This document shows, piece after piece, positions 47,223 to 60,730 of a stretch of DNA of 64,000 bases. The notes beneath the pieces were generated by a model that did not search any database, was not told where the DNA came from, and worked only from the letters and a program-made list of their open reading frames with translations. A program made the position numbers and the translations under genes. Where the stretch lies: assembly GCA_977017645.1 (NCBI GenBank), contig OZ360255.1:4030001-4094000 (forward strand), written 5' to 3'. This DNA is from Torpedo marmorata. Lineage: Eukaryota. Position 1 is the stretch's first letter. Each line of letters starts with the position of its first letter.

Positions 47223-48158
47223 TCAACTTTCTTGCATTTGCTCTGTTGTTTCCTCCTTCTCCACACGGGAGGTTAAAACCCCCATCGAATCCTTAAATTC
47301 TTTTACCACGTCCAGCACCTCTTTAATCCAAATTTCCATCCTGTCGAATCTTCTGTTCAGATCTCCAATGACCTGCGCTGTATCCGCGGACGTATTCACC
47401 GTCTCCCCCTTCGCCTTCCTTGTTTCCAGCACCATTACTGAGGGCTCCATGTCTCTGCTCCCGTGTGGGGTTTCATTCGATGAATCTGACGAATTGGGAG
47501 ATCCTCCTGCTGCCAAGGGTTGGGATTTGCTTTTCTTTCCCATTCTCCTTGCTTTTTATCTATTTTAAATCCAAAAATTAAATATCTGACACGCTTTAAA
47601 TCAATATTGTATGGAGAGCTCAAGAATCCACGTCTGCCTAACTGCTCTGCATCACATGACCTTCCTCTGGTGCCTTTGCTTTTGAGAAATTTTTTATTGC
47701 TTATATTTGTGTGTATGCTAATCCTTCGGCTGAATGACAAATTAGTAAAGTGACTCCAGTTTACCATCGAGCAGTGGTACGCAGATACTTGTGTGCATAT
47801 TTGAGGGCTGAACTCCAGCTGATTGGCTTGTTCAATGAAGTATCTGAATTAACTAGCCTCACAACTCATTCCTCAGCGCATTTCATGCCGACTTCTTCCT
47901 GCCCCAAAAAACAGGCACTCTATTCCAAGCATTGACTTAACAAAAGATTACCAGTAAAACAGTCAATGTTCAAGGTTGTTCTCAAACATTTTTCAGAAAA
48001 AGTGTGCTATCCCCATTGATTTGTGGGAGTTCCTAGCCCATGAAAAAAATGGAGAAGGGTCATGCAGGATGACACTGAAAGCCTAAAAACCCTCTGGGAA
48101 TGCATGGGAACTCAATAGAAATAACAGGTGAAGTGCATCACCTTACTAAACACCCTAC

Positions 48159-48395
48159 TAAAGGTTCCATTATTGTCACGTAATACTACATTTAGAATGT
48201 AGCATACATGAAATTCTTTAATTTTTGTCTACCGTAAGGCAGACAGAGGGTCGCTACTTTGTCCAGCGCCCCTCACAGAAACCTACAGCAACCTGGTGTT
48301 CCTTGGCGATCTCCTCTCCAAGTACTGACCAGTCCTGTTCCTGCTTAGCTTCTGAGATCAGACAATCCCAGTCGTATTCAGGCTATTGGTGCTGT
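48159..48395 (-). mobile_element. 5S rRNA-derived SINE, second copy
   Basis: Colinear and highly similar to 25296-25539. Confidence 0.88.
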
Positions 48396-50201
48396 ATATG
48401 TGTTTACCCACTCTGCCAAGTGCCTTCTGCCTACATGTGGCAGATTCTTTTTGTCCTAACATTTGTCTCACCAAGTTCTTCCACATTTGAAGGATTAGAA
48501 TGGAAGCAAGTTATCTTTCAGCAATCCCTTGGGATTGAGAATTTACACTGAACCATTCTTGTCAGTGGAATTGCAGTCGATTATGTGTCCAGTTGGCATT
48601 TTCCTGCCACCTCTCTTTGATTTGAGAAAAGATCTAGCATTAAGTAAAGATCTTTCAAACTCTCATTTTGGCTGGAGAGCATTTTGAATTGTATCGCAAT
48701 CTATTGTTTTCCAATTGGTACCAGATAAACTCTCTAAACCTTTTTGATACTTTCATCGAGCTTCAGGTACACTTCAAAGTTTGGACTTTTTGTTACATTG
48801 TTGGAAGAAGTAACAGCCCATATCTGTACTCCAAAGCGGAAGATTTAATAGTAGAGTTAAAGTTAATTTATTTCTTACTCTTCAGTCTTTTGTGTTTAAT
48901 GTTTGTGATTTCTTAAAGGTTTCCAGGATTTGTCAGGTTTTATTGTTAATGAATCTAGGTTTGCTTTAACATGAAGTTTTATTTCTCATTGTTTCTGTGT
49001 TTGTAGTTTAACCTATTTTCTTTTAGCATGCGTTATTAGTATCTGCTCATTGGAACAGTTATCAAAAGTTGTACTTGGCTATCTGTGCTTCAAACAGTTA
49101 ACAAATTTTCAATGCTTCTCGAGTTCAAATGCTGAAATAAGTTGGATAGATCTGTTTCTGTGTAGTACATCATCTATAATAGTGTGTAGAGGCATATAGA
49201 TATGTTGATGCATAGATGCTGAGGTGGGTGGTTGAAGGACTGAACTTAGTCCTTCTTAGGACTAAATCATAGTCGGAGACTTTAACCAGGCTTGTCTCAA
49301 TAAATCCCTGCCCAGCTACCACCAGCATGTAACCTGCTGTACCAGAGGTCCCAGCATACTCGATCACTGGTGCACCAAGATAAGGAAGGCCTACCGTTCT
49401 TTCCCGAGTCTGCATTTTGGCAAGTCGGATCATCTTGCTATGCTCCTTCTGCCTTCATACAGACTGCCTAAAAAGAGAGGCTCCGGAGATCAGGACAGCT
49501 AGAAGCAGGAGGCTGAAGAATGGTTGCAGGACTTCCTTGATTCAGCAGATTGGGCGGTGTACAAGGACTCCACTGAGGATCTGAATGATTACACCAAGGC
49601 TGTCACAGACTATCAAAATAGCTGTTGTCGAGTGTATCCCCACCAAATCGTTCAGGGTTTTCCCCAACCAGAAGCCCTGGATGAACAATAAAATCCGGAA
49701 CCTGCTGAGAGCCAGATCACAGGTATTTAAGTCTGGAGATCCAGATCATTACAGAAGGAGCAGGTATGACCTGCAGAAAGCCATCTCCCGGGCAAAGTGG
49801 AGTTTCCAGACGAAAATGGAAACCACCAGGGATACCCGACAGCTGTGACAGGGCCTAAATGACAAACTGCTACAAAACAAAATCCGGTGCAGTAGGAGAC
49901 GGCAAAGCTTCACTCCCTGACGAACTCAATGCCTTCTACGTACGATTCGACCACAAGAACAAGTAAGAACCACCACTGCGCACCCCCATGTCCCCTGATG
50001 ATCCTCTCCTGTCCGAGGATGATGTGCGGGCTGCCTTCAGGAGAGTGAATCCGAGGAAAGCATCCGGTCTGGACGGAGTACCCGGCCGAGTATTAAAACT
50101 CTGTGCTGACCAACTTACCAAAGTATTCACGCTTATCTTAAACATCTCACTCTGGCAGGACGTGGTACCCACCTGTCTCGAACAGGCGTCAATCCTACTG
50201 G

Positions 50202-52034
50202 TGTCGTTCTAGTTTCCGTCACTCCCGATGCAATTAGGCACAGCACTGAGATTTCTTGATTAACTCTTTATTAAGTAGCAAGCTACCTGAGAGGGCCCTC
50301 CCCTGCTTTCCAGTGGAAGCAGTAGCACAGGATCTCTGCCAAACAAGAGGACGTACCAGGTATTTATACGCACAGGAAAAAGTTTACAGAGAAAGTTGGG
50401 ATCTATAGCAAAGTGCAAAAAAAGTGGAAGAGGCTATATGGAAAAGAAATACGGGAGATCAGTGGAAACTACTAATGTCGGCTTGGCGAACTGAAGCCGA
50501 AGAAATGAATCAGAGGTCTAGACAAACGAGTTGGGAACATAATGCAAGTCAAAGAGGGATAAACGTAAGTGATGGAAAGGGAGGAAACAAGTCTTGGGAG
50601 GTGCTGATGGCGGCGCTGGTGAGGACCCGCGGGGAGCGAGGGAGCGGAGATACAGCGCTCCCGCGGGGTCCAGCCGCCCAGTCGACTGCCGTCAGTTCCG
50701 CACGGGCTTTGAACGGCCCGTTAAAGGAGCCGTCGGTGGTTTTATTTAAGATCCCGCGACCGTGGGGTCTGCGCCCAAGATGGCAGCGCCTTTTAACCGG
50801 CAGCAGCCACGAGGGGCTGCAGACTCCGAGGAAGCGGAGGACTGGAGAAGGGCACCAGAGGACGGAAGATCACCCCCTGTCTGAGAAGGAGAAGCGGAGA
50901 AGACGACCCACGGGACGGTGACCAGGGCGGAGACCAGTGAGGGGCTCTGAGGCTGAAGGACCAGTGCATGCGGCGGGTTGCTGGCGACTCGAGGCGAGGA
51001 ACCCGCGGAGGCTGTGGGCTGCTGGAGACTGATGTCGGGGGACTCGCACTGGGCTGCGGACTGCTGGAGGCTGGCTCGAACTGGCTGGAGGAGTACCAGG
51101 TATCGGAACCGGGATGTGAGGGGGTGCCGAGGGTGTCCTGACCGTGTTGGAGGTTCGGATCTGGAGCTCGGGATGCCGATGGTTTGGACTGGACTCTGTG
51201 TGGCTGTGGAATCGCTTGAGGCGAATCTATGGACACTCGGTGACTCTGGGGGGGACTCTCTTTTGCTTCTCTTTCTCTGACTGTAAGGAATGTTAGAGGC
51301 GCTTAGGCAATTTCTGCCGGTGGCGAATCTGTCTGCCTTGCAGCAGGCAAATCTGTCTGCCTTGCAGCAGGCAAAAAGAAATTTCATGGAATATGTCACT
51401 GTCTTATTACTATGACAATAAATTGAATCTTGAAGTATCAATGTGAGGAGCACGATAAGGAAAAGGTTGGAAAGCAAAGGAAGGATACGGGAGAAGAAAA
51501 AGGTAACGATACTTCAGAAAAGGGACCGGTTCCGTCCGTGTCTGGCCTACCAGTACTGTTCCAAAATTACACGGATCAGGAGGAAGATGACTGGCCAAGT
51601 CCCCCTATTTATCCCCCTTTTTCACCACAAGAGGAAAATCAACCCGCCGGGGATGCCCCCTTTCCCACCGGCATCCCTGTCTGCACCCCCTTTGATCCAG
51701 TACACGGATCCAATTGCCGCCCATACCAGGAGTCAGACCCCCGGCTTAAGTCAACTGCTTGTCCCAGCCGCGCAGAGCACTAAGACACCCCGACAGAAGA
51801 GTATCATACAAGGTTGCAAAACATTTCTTAGAACAAAGGACAGTTTATAATTCTCAGGAGACTCATTGATAAAGCCAGGACACCTTATCTTTTCTTGCAC
51901 CATCTGTTTTCTTTAATCAGCTCCTGGCACCAATACACAGCATTTCTTTCAATCCTTTCAATCCCCTTCCTTTTTCCCCTTGCACTGAGTCCCACCAGGC
52001 TCCCAAGAGTTTTATTATTTATTTCCATACATCA
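50202..52034 (-). mobile_element. Solo-LTR-like insertion (TG...CA)
   Basis: Interrupts the Rex frame precisely. TSD ctgg/ccgg (one CpG-type change). Minus-strand tataaa (about 50365) and aataaa (about 50270). Confidence 0.6.
50600..51433 (+). mobile_element. GC/CpG-rich non-autonomous retroposon with LINE-like tail, nested in the LTR-like element
   Basis: Sharp GC-rich block ending tgtctgccttgcagcaggca...aatttcatg...tgacaataaattgaatcttga. 5' boundary approximate. Confidence 0.6.
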
Positions 52035-52409
52035 CCGGTGCCCAAGAAGAGTGGTAACCTGCCTAAATGAATATCGACCAGTGGCACTCACATCAACAGT
52101 GATGAAGTGTTTTGAAAGGCAGATGTTGAAGCATATCAGCTCCTGTCTGAGCGGCGACATGGATCCATTCCAATTCGCCTATCGTAGCAACAGGTCTATG
52201 GCGGATGCCATCTCATTGGCTCTACACAAAGCCCTGGACAGCAAAGATGCATATATCAGGATGCTCTTTATTGACTACAGTTCGGCATTTAACCTGGGAC
52301 TCAACACCCCACTGTGTAATTAGATCCTTGATTTCCTCACCTACAGACCACAATCAGTGAGGATTGGTTAGAACATCTCCTCCGCTGTGTTCTTAGCCCC
52401 CTGCTCTAC

Positions 52410-52810
52410 TTCCAAGTGAAGTAACATTTCACTTGTGAATCTGCAGGGGTCAACTACTGCATCCAGTGCTCCTATTGTGGTCTCCACGACATCGGAGAGA
52501 CTGGACGCAGACTGGGAGATCGCTTTGTTGAGCACCTCAGCTCTGTCCGCCACAATTGCGTGGATCTCCCAGCGGCCACCCATTTCAGTTCCCCATCCCA
52601 TTCCCTTGCTGATATGTCTATCCATGGTCTCATGCACTGCCAGACTGAGTCCACCCGCAAATTGGAGGGTCAACACCTCATCTTCCGACTCGGCACCCTC
52701 CAACCGGATGGCATTAATATCAACTTCTCTGGCTTTCGATAAAACCGCCCCCCCCCTCACTTCTTCCCCGTCACCTTCCCCCAGCTCTGTCTCTCTCCCT
52801 TTTCCCTGTA
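52410..52810 (+). mobile_element. Penelope-like element GIY-YIG endonuclease fragment
   Basis: HFTCESAGVNYCIQCSYCGLHDIGETGRRLGDRFVEHL...ATHF...RKLEGQHLIFRLGTLQPDGINI, with a stop at 52740-52742. Confidence 0.88.
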
Positions 52811-54066
52811 TACAGTACATATATAAAATAAATAAATATCGCTTAATGAATAGTAGAACAGTTCATTCAGTCATTGAGCAGTCTGATTGTGGGAAGAAGC
52901 GGTTTCTCAGCCTGGTGGTTCTGGCTCTGATACTCCTGTATCTCTTTTCTGACGGGGTAATATGATTGACCCATGGCAGTCCATTTTCTCGAGGATGCAG
53001 ATGAGCTATACATCGTGTTCTTGCCAGTGATGTTTGGTCATGGTTTGCATTCTTCCCTTTTTAAATGGAATGTCTACAAAGTTCTTTATGGCAATCATTT
53101 CTTGATCATTTTTTTCAGATTAGTAATGTTTCTGAGTCGCTGGGTTCTGTAGACAAGACCTAGCTTTTGATTCTCTTAATTGATAGTAAGTTCAAACTAT
53201 AGCCCTATTCGATAAGACTGAGAATTGCTTTAGAAAGTAACAATTTAATAATTACTTCAGGAAATATGAATTATTAGCACTTACTGTATATTGGTATTTA
53301 TTGCCTTTGGACAGATATTCCATCTATTCTTAGTTTTTAACGTGTACTGCAATAACCAAAATTTGTTTTGTTCCTGTTTTCGTCAGGATATGCAGTTACA
53401 TTTCTATCTATTTGCAATGCATTTGTTTGGATGACCACTCGGAGTGGATGGATGAAAGTTTAGGAAATTTGTGCCTTCTAAAGCCTGAGTGTCTCAAATC
53501 TCAGTAGTTTTGTGCCATCTTTGAGCTTTTTGGAAAGGTTTTCATTTGTAAATGTTGAAGAAAACTGTAGATCATTTTGCTGCTAATTCCTTGGACTTTG
53601 GGGTTTCCTTCCTTCATTCAGCCTATTTATCAACATATGCTACATTTGTTATGCTAGATTGTCAGGATGCGCACATGTCATTTCACAAAATAAAACCGGT
53701 TGAATTGTTGGCGTCATTAGCCATTAACAGATATAGGCAGTCCTCTTCCTGAGAACTCTCCATAAGCTTTTTTTTTCTAAAATCCGGAAACGTCCATTTT
53801 CTATGCTTAGCCAAATCATATTGCTCGATGTACTAGCTGTAATGTTATTTCATTTAATAATTACCCTAAAACTACCCACAAGTAAACTCGTGGAACAGCT
53901 ATTCAATTCGATCATTAATGAATACCATGAAGCATTATTATTAGTTTTAATAAATACTTAAAATATATGGAAAAAACTGTGTAAGTTTGTATTTTTGTAA
54001 ATTAGGTCATTTGTAATCCCAGAAGCCCTTGTAATTATTGACATTTTGTGTTATGTTATTTGATAC

Positions 54067-56424
54067 TGTTACGAACTAACAAACCATGTTAGTACTAACA
54101 AAGGAACAGCAATGGAAGATGCACCAGACAATGGTAAATTCAAAAGAATATTTTATTTTTTTTTAAAAAATATTTTATTTAAAATTTTAAATCACAAAAT
54201 ACATAAAGCGTAATATAAAATTATCAAAATACATGTGATACATTTTCTCCCCCCCAACCACCCTCCCCACCCTAACCCTCCCACCCCTACTAATCTATAA
54301 AATAAAAGAAAGAAAAAGATAGAATAAGGAGAATGTCAATCTACAACAAAGAACAACTATAAACTAAATCTATTGTGGAAAATAGGTTCACCAGTCTGAA
54401 CTGATCTCTGGAGATCTTCAAATTCTTAGACCAACCGTTTTTATATATGGGCTCCAAGTTTTCAAAAAGAAATGATATTTATTACGTATATTATAAGTAA
54501 TTTTTTCAAGTGGTATACATGAACGAAGTTCTGCATGCCACCTTTCTAAACCTAAATCTACATCAGATTTCCAAGTAATAGCAATGCATTTCTTAGCAAC
54601 AGCTAGAGCTATTCTCAAAAACTCTATTTGATACATATTTAATTTCGTTATAATACTAATTCTTTTAATATCTCCGAATAAAAATATCATAGGATCCATT
54701 GGGAGTGTAATTCTTAATACTTTGTCCAAAAATTCCTTAACTTTCAACCAAAAATCAGAAATCTTTGGACAAAACCATGTAGAATGTACAAAAGAACCTT
54801 CCTCTCTATTACATCTGAAACATAAATCTGATAATGTCGGATTAAATTTCTTTAATCTTTTAGGTGTTAAATATAATTGATGGAAAAAATTATACTGCAC
54901 TAATCTATATCTAACATTAATGATCTTAGTCATACTTAGTTTACATAATTCTTTCCAGTGTTTTTCCTCTATAGTTACATTCAAATCTGATTCCCATTTT
55001 AATCCATTCTGCTTGGATTCGAATAGAATTAAATAATATAGGAGAAGATTTGAAAGAAGAAGTTATTTATAAGTGGAATTCTAAATTAATGTTATCAAGA
55101 GGTAAAAATTCTCCTATTTTTAAACATCTGTTAGAAATATGGAATAGAGTCGATAAAGAGATAGGGACGAAAGGTTTAATTTCGTCAAGAATGTCTTTAT
55201 ATCAAAATAGACTTATTTCATTTGCTTTTGATAATCAATTATTTAAAATTTGGTTTCAAAAGGGAATTAAGAAAATAGATGACTGTTTTGAAGCTGGAAA
55301 ATTTATTACTTTTCAAAGAATGAAAGATAAATTTAATATATTAAATAATACGTATTTTGCCTATTTCCAAATTAAAGCATTTTTAGTTGAAAGGTTGGGC
55401 CATAATTTGACTTTACCTCGACAAAGTGAATTTGAATTATTAGTTACAAATGGAGGTGTAAATAAATTTATTTCTCAAATGTATAAATTATTACAGAGGA
55501 AAATGCAAAAGAATATTTTTATTTAAACTATTAATAACATAACATATCTTACTTATCTCTAAACTTAACTCCAACTTAAATCCCACTATGCGCAAATGTA
55601 AATGTATGTTAAAGTTCAAACTATTTCAGTTTAAATTTGAATCTGAAAAAGTCAATTTTAAAGTCCAGTTTCAAACTTCTTGTTGTACTTCAAGATCTTT
55701 TTTTAAACTCACGAGTCTTTTGATGAGTTGTCTTCATAAGAGTGTTTTCACAAGTTTCCCCCTATCTTGTTAGGGTTACGGAACTGTGATCTTCAAGATG
55801 ATTTCTTTCTTAATCAAGAGTGGTCTTACTTATTTTAAAAGCCACTTATATGGTGTATCTCCTATGGTAAGGATAATACACAAAACAGCACCTCAATCTA
55901 TGTCAGAGATCACTGCTTCAAATTCTGTCTTTCCAGAAAGTCAAATTTCTTCAGAGGTCTTCAGAGTTGTCCAAAATGTCTCTCTGCCTGCATTATATGG
56001 TTCTCTGAAATAATGTGACGTGGCATCAGCACAGTTTCAGTTTCATTTCTGCAAAACCTTTTGCCTTTCTCCAAAACCACTTCTCATCCATAAAAACATC
56101 TGACCTCATCTCTGTTTAAGTGGTCATGTCTCTGGAAAGTCTGGCACATGTCACTCAAATGGCACTTGAGTTTGCAACAGCTGCAGGCATAATAATAGCT
56201 TTTAAGAACCACACATTGTCCTGAAATCACTTAAAATTCACTTCTGTTTCATCATTGATTTTTCCAGACGCTGCGACTCCGAATTGAACTCTCTCTCTGA
56301 GTGCAATGGTGTATCTGGAAATGTGATGTGACCTGTGTGTGACCCTGTAGCAGCCCACAACTAACCTTACTAAAAATATATATAATTCTATACCTTAACT
56401 TTAAATATTAATACATCCGTTACA
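54067..56424 (-). mobile_element. Solo LTR (about 1 kb net) with 5-bp TSD, hosting an L1
   Basis: tgttacg...cgttaca termini. TSD gatac at 54062-54066 and 56425-56429. Orientation tentative. Confidence 0.75.
54155..55505 (-). mobile_element. L1-clade insertion with 5' inversion
   Basis: 3' part on - (ORF 54418-54984, CFRCNREEGSFVHSTWFC). Upstream part on + (55050-55505). TSD caaaagaatatttt at 54141 and 55506. Confidence 0.85.
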
Positions 56425-56467
56425 GATACATTTTTGGTCAAATTTGTTATTACCAGACTGATGTTTC

Positions 56468-57415
56468 AAAGTTCAGATTTATTGTCAGAGTACATACATG
56501 ACATCACATACAACCCTGAGATTTTTTCTTGCGGGCCAGGCAGAATTACCACTTATTGGTAGTACAAGAAAAAGTGTACACAGTGTACCCATGTAAACAA
56601 ATAAAGAAATGTAAACAACTGACTGCAATAGAGAGAGAAAAAAAATCAATAAAGTGCAAAAGTAAGAATCCTTGAATGAGTCCCTGATTGAGTTTGTTGT
56701 TGAGGTGTCTGATGGTGGAGGGGTAGCAGCTGTTCCTGAACCTGGTGGTGCGAGTCTTGTGGCACCTATACCTCTTTCCTGATGGTAGCAGCAAGAACAG
56801 AGCGTGTGCTGGGTGGTGTGGATCCTTGATGATTGCTGCTGCTCTTCGACGGCAGCGTACCCTGTAGATCAGGGCCCCCTTCATGGAATCCTTGATCCCT
56901 CATCAACCCCCAGGCATGGAATCCCCCTGGCGGGGAGGTGGCGGCAGCGCTGGACGGGGGGGGGGGGGGGTTTGCGGCAGTGCTGGACGGGGGGGCTCCG
57001 CTACCAAAAGTACAAAGAACACACACCGCTTTTCCGCTCCGTCCGTCCTACCGTGCGCTCTCAACTTATTAAAAGGTTGAAGCCAAATACAACCTGGCAG
57101 CCACCAAGGCCAGCTCTTGTGAGAGGTTGGCCACCCCTGCCATAGGCGCTATTTTCCGTAGATACGCCCCTGCTTTCCACCGCAAAAGTTCAATCGACCC
57201 CTCCCCGGCGTTTATCGACCCTCTTTCGACCCCCAGGCATTTATCGACCCCTTGGATAGTCCCATCGACCCCCAGGGGTCGATATCGACCACTTTGGAGA
57301 CCCCTGCTGTAGATGTTCTCAATGGTGGAGAGGGTTTTGCCTGTGATGTCCTGGGCTGTGTCCACTACCCTTTTTCAGGGCTTTACACTCGGGGGTATTG
57401 GTGTCCCCATACCTG
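56468..57415 (-). mobile_element. Rex1/Babar LINE 3' fragment split by a hAT MITE
   Basis: DTAQDITGKTLSTIENIY | RVRCRRRAAAIIKDPHHPAH...LPSGKRYR. Tail tgacaataaatctgaactt. Confidence 0.85.
56870..57306. mobile_element. hAT (Charlie-like) non-autonomous DNA transposon
   Basis: 8-bp TSD ctgtagat at 56862-56869 and 57307-57314. CAGGG...CCCTG termini. Subterminal atcgacc(c) repeats. Confidence 0.85.
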
Positions 57416-60400
57416 AGCTATGTTAAAACTTTCGTCTTGTTATAAATCTTGATCTCGGCAATTAATTCTACTTATTGTGCTTTGTTATTGTATGTAAAAT
57501 TTTAAGTTCTGAGCATAATTGACAATAATATGAATAATTTTAGCCTTCATTTAATTTTGAATTTGTCTTAAGTCTGTGTAAGTATATCAGGTAGAATATC
57601 TCGGCTGATGGTTATGGCATTTGGGGGAGGTGGGCTGGGTCAGTGATCAATAAGGGCAAAGTAAGTTCATCTGAATGATATTAAGCTTCAAAAATTGAAT
57701 TTTTACGAGGGTTCCTTGGAACTCTGGAATTGGCTTTGTATTAAAGATTCAAGGGGTTGTATTTTAAACACTGAATAGTTTTGATAGAGTGGATGCAGAA
57801 AGACCATTTCCCATGTTGCAAGATTCAATGGCAAGTGGGTGTAATGATTTGAACAGAGTCACTGAAGATAGCAGAAATTCGTAATTCTGCATTCTTTCAA
57901 CCCCCTCTCTTTCCCCACAAAAAAACTATTCTCTCTAATGAATGCTGAATCATTCGGCATTTTTAAGATTGAGATTACTTTTTTTGGTTGGACCCTAGAG
58001 AAATGGTAGAAATAAGGTGAGATATTTGCAGATTAATTAATTAACTGGCTGGGTAGGTGTATGGGAATTACCGTAATACTGAACTCTTGGTAATTTGAAT
58101 GGTATCCCTTCGAATGGAGAAACAGAATATTGTTAGTTAATGACATTCCTGAAAATAATAATTGTGACGCTACTGCTTTCTTGATGGCCGTTGGGGATGG
58201 ACAATAAATTTAAACCTTGCCAGCACTGCACACAACCCGGAAAATAATTTTGTTTTGTAAACCATCTGTGATTTTGCATTTTGAGTTTGGTTAAAGTGAA
58301 AAGTACCGTTCCAAAGTTGCATTTTATAAAATATTCCAAAAAGGAAAGGGATCTAAATTAAATTTTATTTAATGTAAGGCTTTTTACATTACCTATTGGG
58401 TAATGAAGTGCCAGCATTGTGGATCTTTCATTGTTGCACAAAATCTTTGACTTCATCCAGATAGGTCTGATCTAAGCAAATGTTTCTTAAGCATCATCCC
58501 ATTTGTTGTATGAAACACAAGAGTCTATCAGAATTTTTGTATCAAGTTCACATGAAAAAGTGCTGGGAATATTCAATAGGTCAGACAGCATTGATTGCAA
58601 GAGAAACAGTTCTTCAACATTTCAGATCGATGACATTTCATCAGAGTATTTCAATTATGCTTGGTTAGTTTGTATCATTTGGTAAATAGTTGGAGCAATG
58701 TATGTATAGCTCCTAGGTGCATTGAAAATTTGAGGTCTGTGACACAGCAAACAAGATGAAACTAACAAAAGGGTTCTGCTGAGGGAGTGAGAGGAGCTAG
58801 GTCTAAATTAATATCAGAGCCACAAAAAATTAGCAATTCAGAAATTACTAGAGCCATGTTCAGCTGCCGTGATGTCAAGCAGATGAGAGTTAATTCATTG
58901 AGAGATGTGAGGGAAAGGGATTTGAGGAACATTGGCCCCAACGCTACTGGAAAAAGAAATCTAGCTTGTCATCTCCTCAAAGGAATTTGTACACCTCTCC
59001 TTAAACTCTTGAATAACGTGCTAACTTTCCAATGACCTGCTTGAGTTTCTCCAGTAGATTGTGCACTGCTCCAGGTTCCATCATCTGCAGTCTCTTGTGT
59101 GTCTCCTGCCAACTAGTCTTAATCTGATCTCATGACAAGCCTGCCAACTGAAGAATCATGTTTCCTTCCTGAGGTAGGGAGGCCAGTACATGATATTCCA
59201 AATGCAATTTTACCTGGGCTCTAATAGCAGCAAGACAAATGGGACACCATTTTTGAGGGGAAGAAGGTTCTACAGGGAAATATTTAATTCAAATAGGTAG
59301 GTACATAATCCTTAGAATCTAAAAGGATAAATGGTGTTTGTGAAGTGTATACAATTCTCAAGGACTTGGCAGAGTTGATTCTAAAAGTTACTCCTTTGGT
59401 GTCTCAAAATGAGGATCACCAACTTGGGTCTGAGATAAAATGCATCTTCACTTTTGGGATTCTTACCCTTGTACATCCTGTAAGCTTAATTACTTACCTT
59501 GGTCGCGGCGCTCCGATGGTCTCGGCGGGTTACGGAGGAGTCGCGGTGTTTGGTAGGCTGTGCAAGGCCTATTTAGTACTCTGCGCATGCGCGGGAGTGC
59601 CGATGGGCGCACGCGCAGTTGGGAATTGACGGCAGTGTGCGCGGTGGAGTATGCGCGGTGGAATATGCGCAAATCGGGATAAAGAATAGAAAAAGATGGC
59701 GGCTTAGAGGGTGAGTGAGATCACCATATCTTTTATTGACCGTTTCATTGATGGTTTAAAGTCGTTTAAAGTCATTTCATTGAACATTTAAATACAGTCT
59801 AAGGAATTGTTTAAAGGAATTTATTAAACATCGTTATCAAGAATTGTTTATATTTCGTTTAAAGAAGATACTTAAGTCATTGAAGATTGCTGCAAGTCAC
59901 GTGTGTAAATAAAGTTTTTTGAACATATTGGACTTTGTTAGTAAATTGATTGAAATGCGTCAAGAACAAGTATCTCACCTAGCCTCCAAGTGACTTTGTT
60001 GGTTTGAAGTCACGATATAATTAGTCAATAAAAGAGGTTGTTTGGAACAGAAAATTGAAGGAAAGAAGATAGAATAATCTCTCTGTGCTTTGGACTGATA
60101 TTTAAAATAAAATGATGGCCATCTTGGAGATGCCTCGAGTTGGGGGCAATTTGTAATCCACATCTATCTGCCATGAGTAACAGCCAGAGAGGGATTTAAA
60201 GCTTCAAATCTTATAGTAAAGTGTACTATAAATACGTTGGAGAAACCATTTTTGGAAAATCAGCGATATTAATGGATGTTGTGGTTGAAACTCGTTTGTG
60301 AATAGCAGCACATTACAGTCATCTGAAGTGGTAGGCATAAGTCTGTGGACTCCTTCTGTGTATCTTTGGCAAGTTAGAACACAGATTGGATTTGCTGCCG

Positions 60401-60730
60401 CTGGTCCATTGGGGACTGTTGATTTGGCTAGTGTTGTTTATGCTTGAAGGACAGTGGAACAAGACGAGTAAAATGGCCGCAGCAGCCTCTGATGCAGCAG
60501 CCACTGATGTATTAGAAGCTGACGCAGCAACGGCTGATGTTGCTGTTAAGGACCAATGTATTGAAGACATGAAGGTTGCGGATATTAAAAAAGAATTGAA
60601 GTGACTGATACAAGATATAAGTGGAAATAAAAAGGTTCTCATCGCAAGATTGAAGCTGGCAAAGGAAGAAGGGGCAGCTTCGTTAGATGAACAAGATAAC
60701 GTGGAAATGGCTGAAATTGTGTCACCAAAT

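Larger units (their letters stand above)
42020..47667 (-). mobile_element. L1-clade element with both ends and 16-bp TSD; ORF1 and APE endonuclease present, RT deleted; two nested LINEs
   Basis: TSD tggtgcctttgctttt at 42004-42019 and 47668-47683. ORF1 motif MENFSRRNNVRIIGLKEGAEG. ORF2 starts at 45549 (MNKTIKFVSFNINGLN) with NLYAPN, GGDFN, RIDYF and SDHAP. C-terminal CFRCGGEVGTFLHSTWSC. Confidence 0.9.
49300..52410 (+). mobile_element. Degenerate Rex1/Babar LINE split by an LTR-like insertion
   Basis: FPNQKPWMN and RVNPRKASGLDGVPGRVLKLCADQL up to 50201. Resumes at 52035 with VPK...[19 protein letters not shown]. Confidence 0.85.

Noticed and set aside
50424-51850. Host protein-coding ORFs (165-243 aa)
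   Set aside because: GC-rich repeat-derived open frames on both strands, with no recognisable domain or splice structure.
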